NCBI RefSeq assembly: GCF_006345805.1
Contig: NC_043009.1
Span: forward strand, 7,564,001 to 7,628,000
Direction of reading: 5' to 3'
DNA from: Octopus sinensis
Lineage: Eukaryota
DNA length: 64,000 nt
The position numbers were made by a program, and so were the translations under genes. Under the pieces are notes generated by a model. That model saw only the letters and a list, made by a program, of their open reading frames with translations, was not told the DNA's origin and did no database searches. Position 1 is the stretch's first letter, and each line of letters begins with the position of its first letter. Below, piece by piece: positions 63,971 through 64,000 of this stretch.

Positions 63971-64000
63971 AATATTTTCAGCAAAGCAAATCTTTGCTGA

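Noticed and set aside
1-64000. CRISPR array, rRNA or prokaryotic operon
   Set aside because: No regularly spaced repeat-spacer array, rRNA motif or gene-dense segment was seen; the sequence is repeat-rich eukaryotic DNA.

Overview
Repeat-saturated animal genomic DNA. The SINE families and the dense (TA)n/(CA)n/(ATGT)n/(CAT)n microsatellites point to an Octopus-type cephalopod genome (inference, not database-checked). There is one 100-N assembly gap at 24627-24726. No intact protein-coding gene can be supported, and most entries in the ORF track are microsatellite artefacts. Recognisable content: many tRNA-derived SINE copies from three families, a decayed DD34D mariner, RTE, RTE-X and L2/CR1-type LINE remnants, a Helitron and a Helentron-type non-autonomous element, MITEs, and a recent 803-bp tandem duplication. 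The most notable signal is a set of about ten hammerhead-ribozyme-like cassettes from several distinct sequence families, carried by short Penelope-like (PLE) elements mostly next to (TA)n tracts. The best of these is a 376-bp-arm palindrome at 58380-59176 with one well-formed type I hammerhead on each strand. A weaker signal is several stop-interrupted frames with leucine-rich-repeat/TLR-like motifs, possibly the remains of a decayed immune-receptor gene cluster. All ribozyme folds and protein resemblances were assigned by eye.
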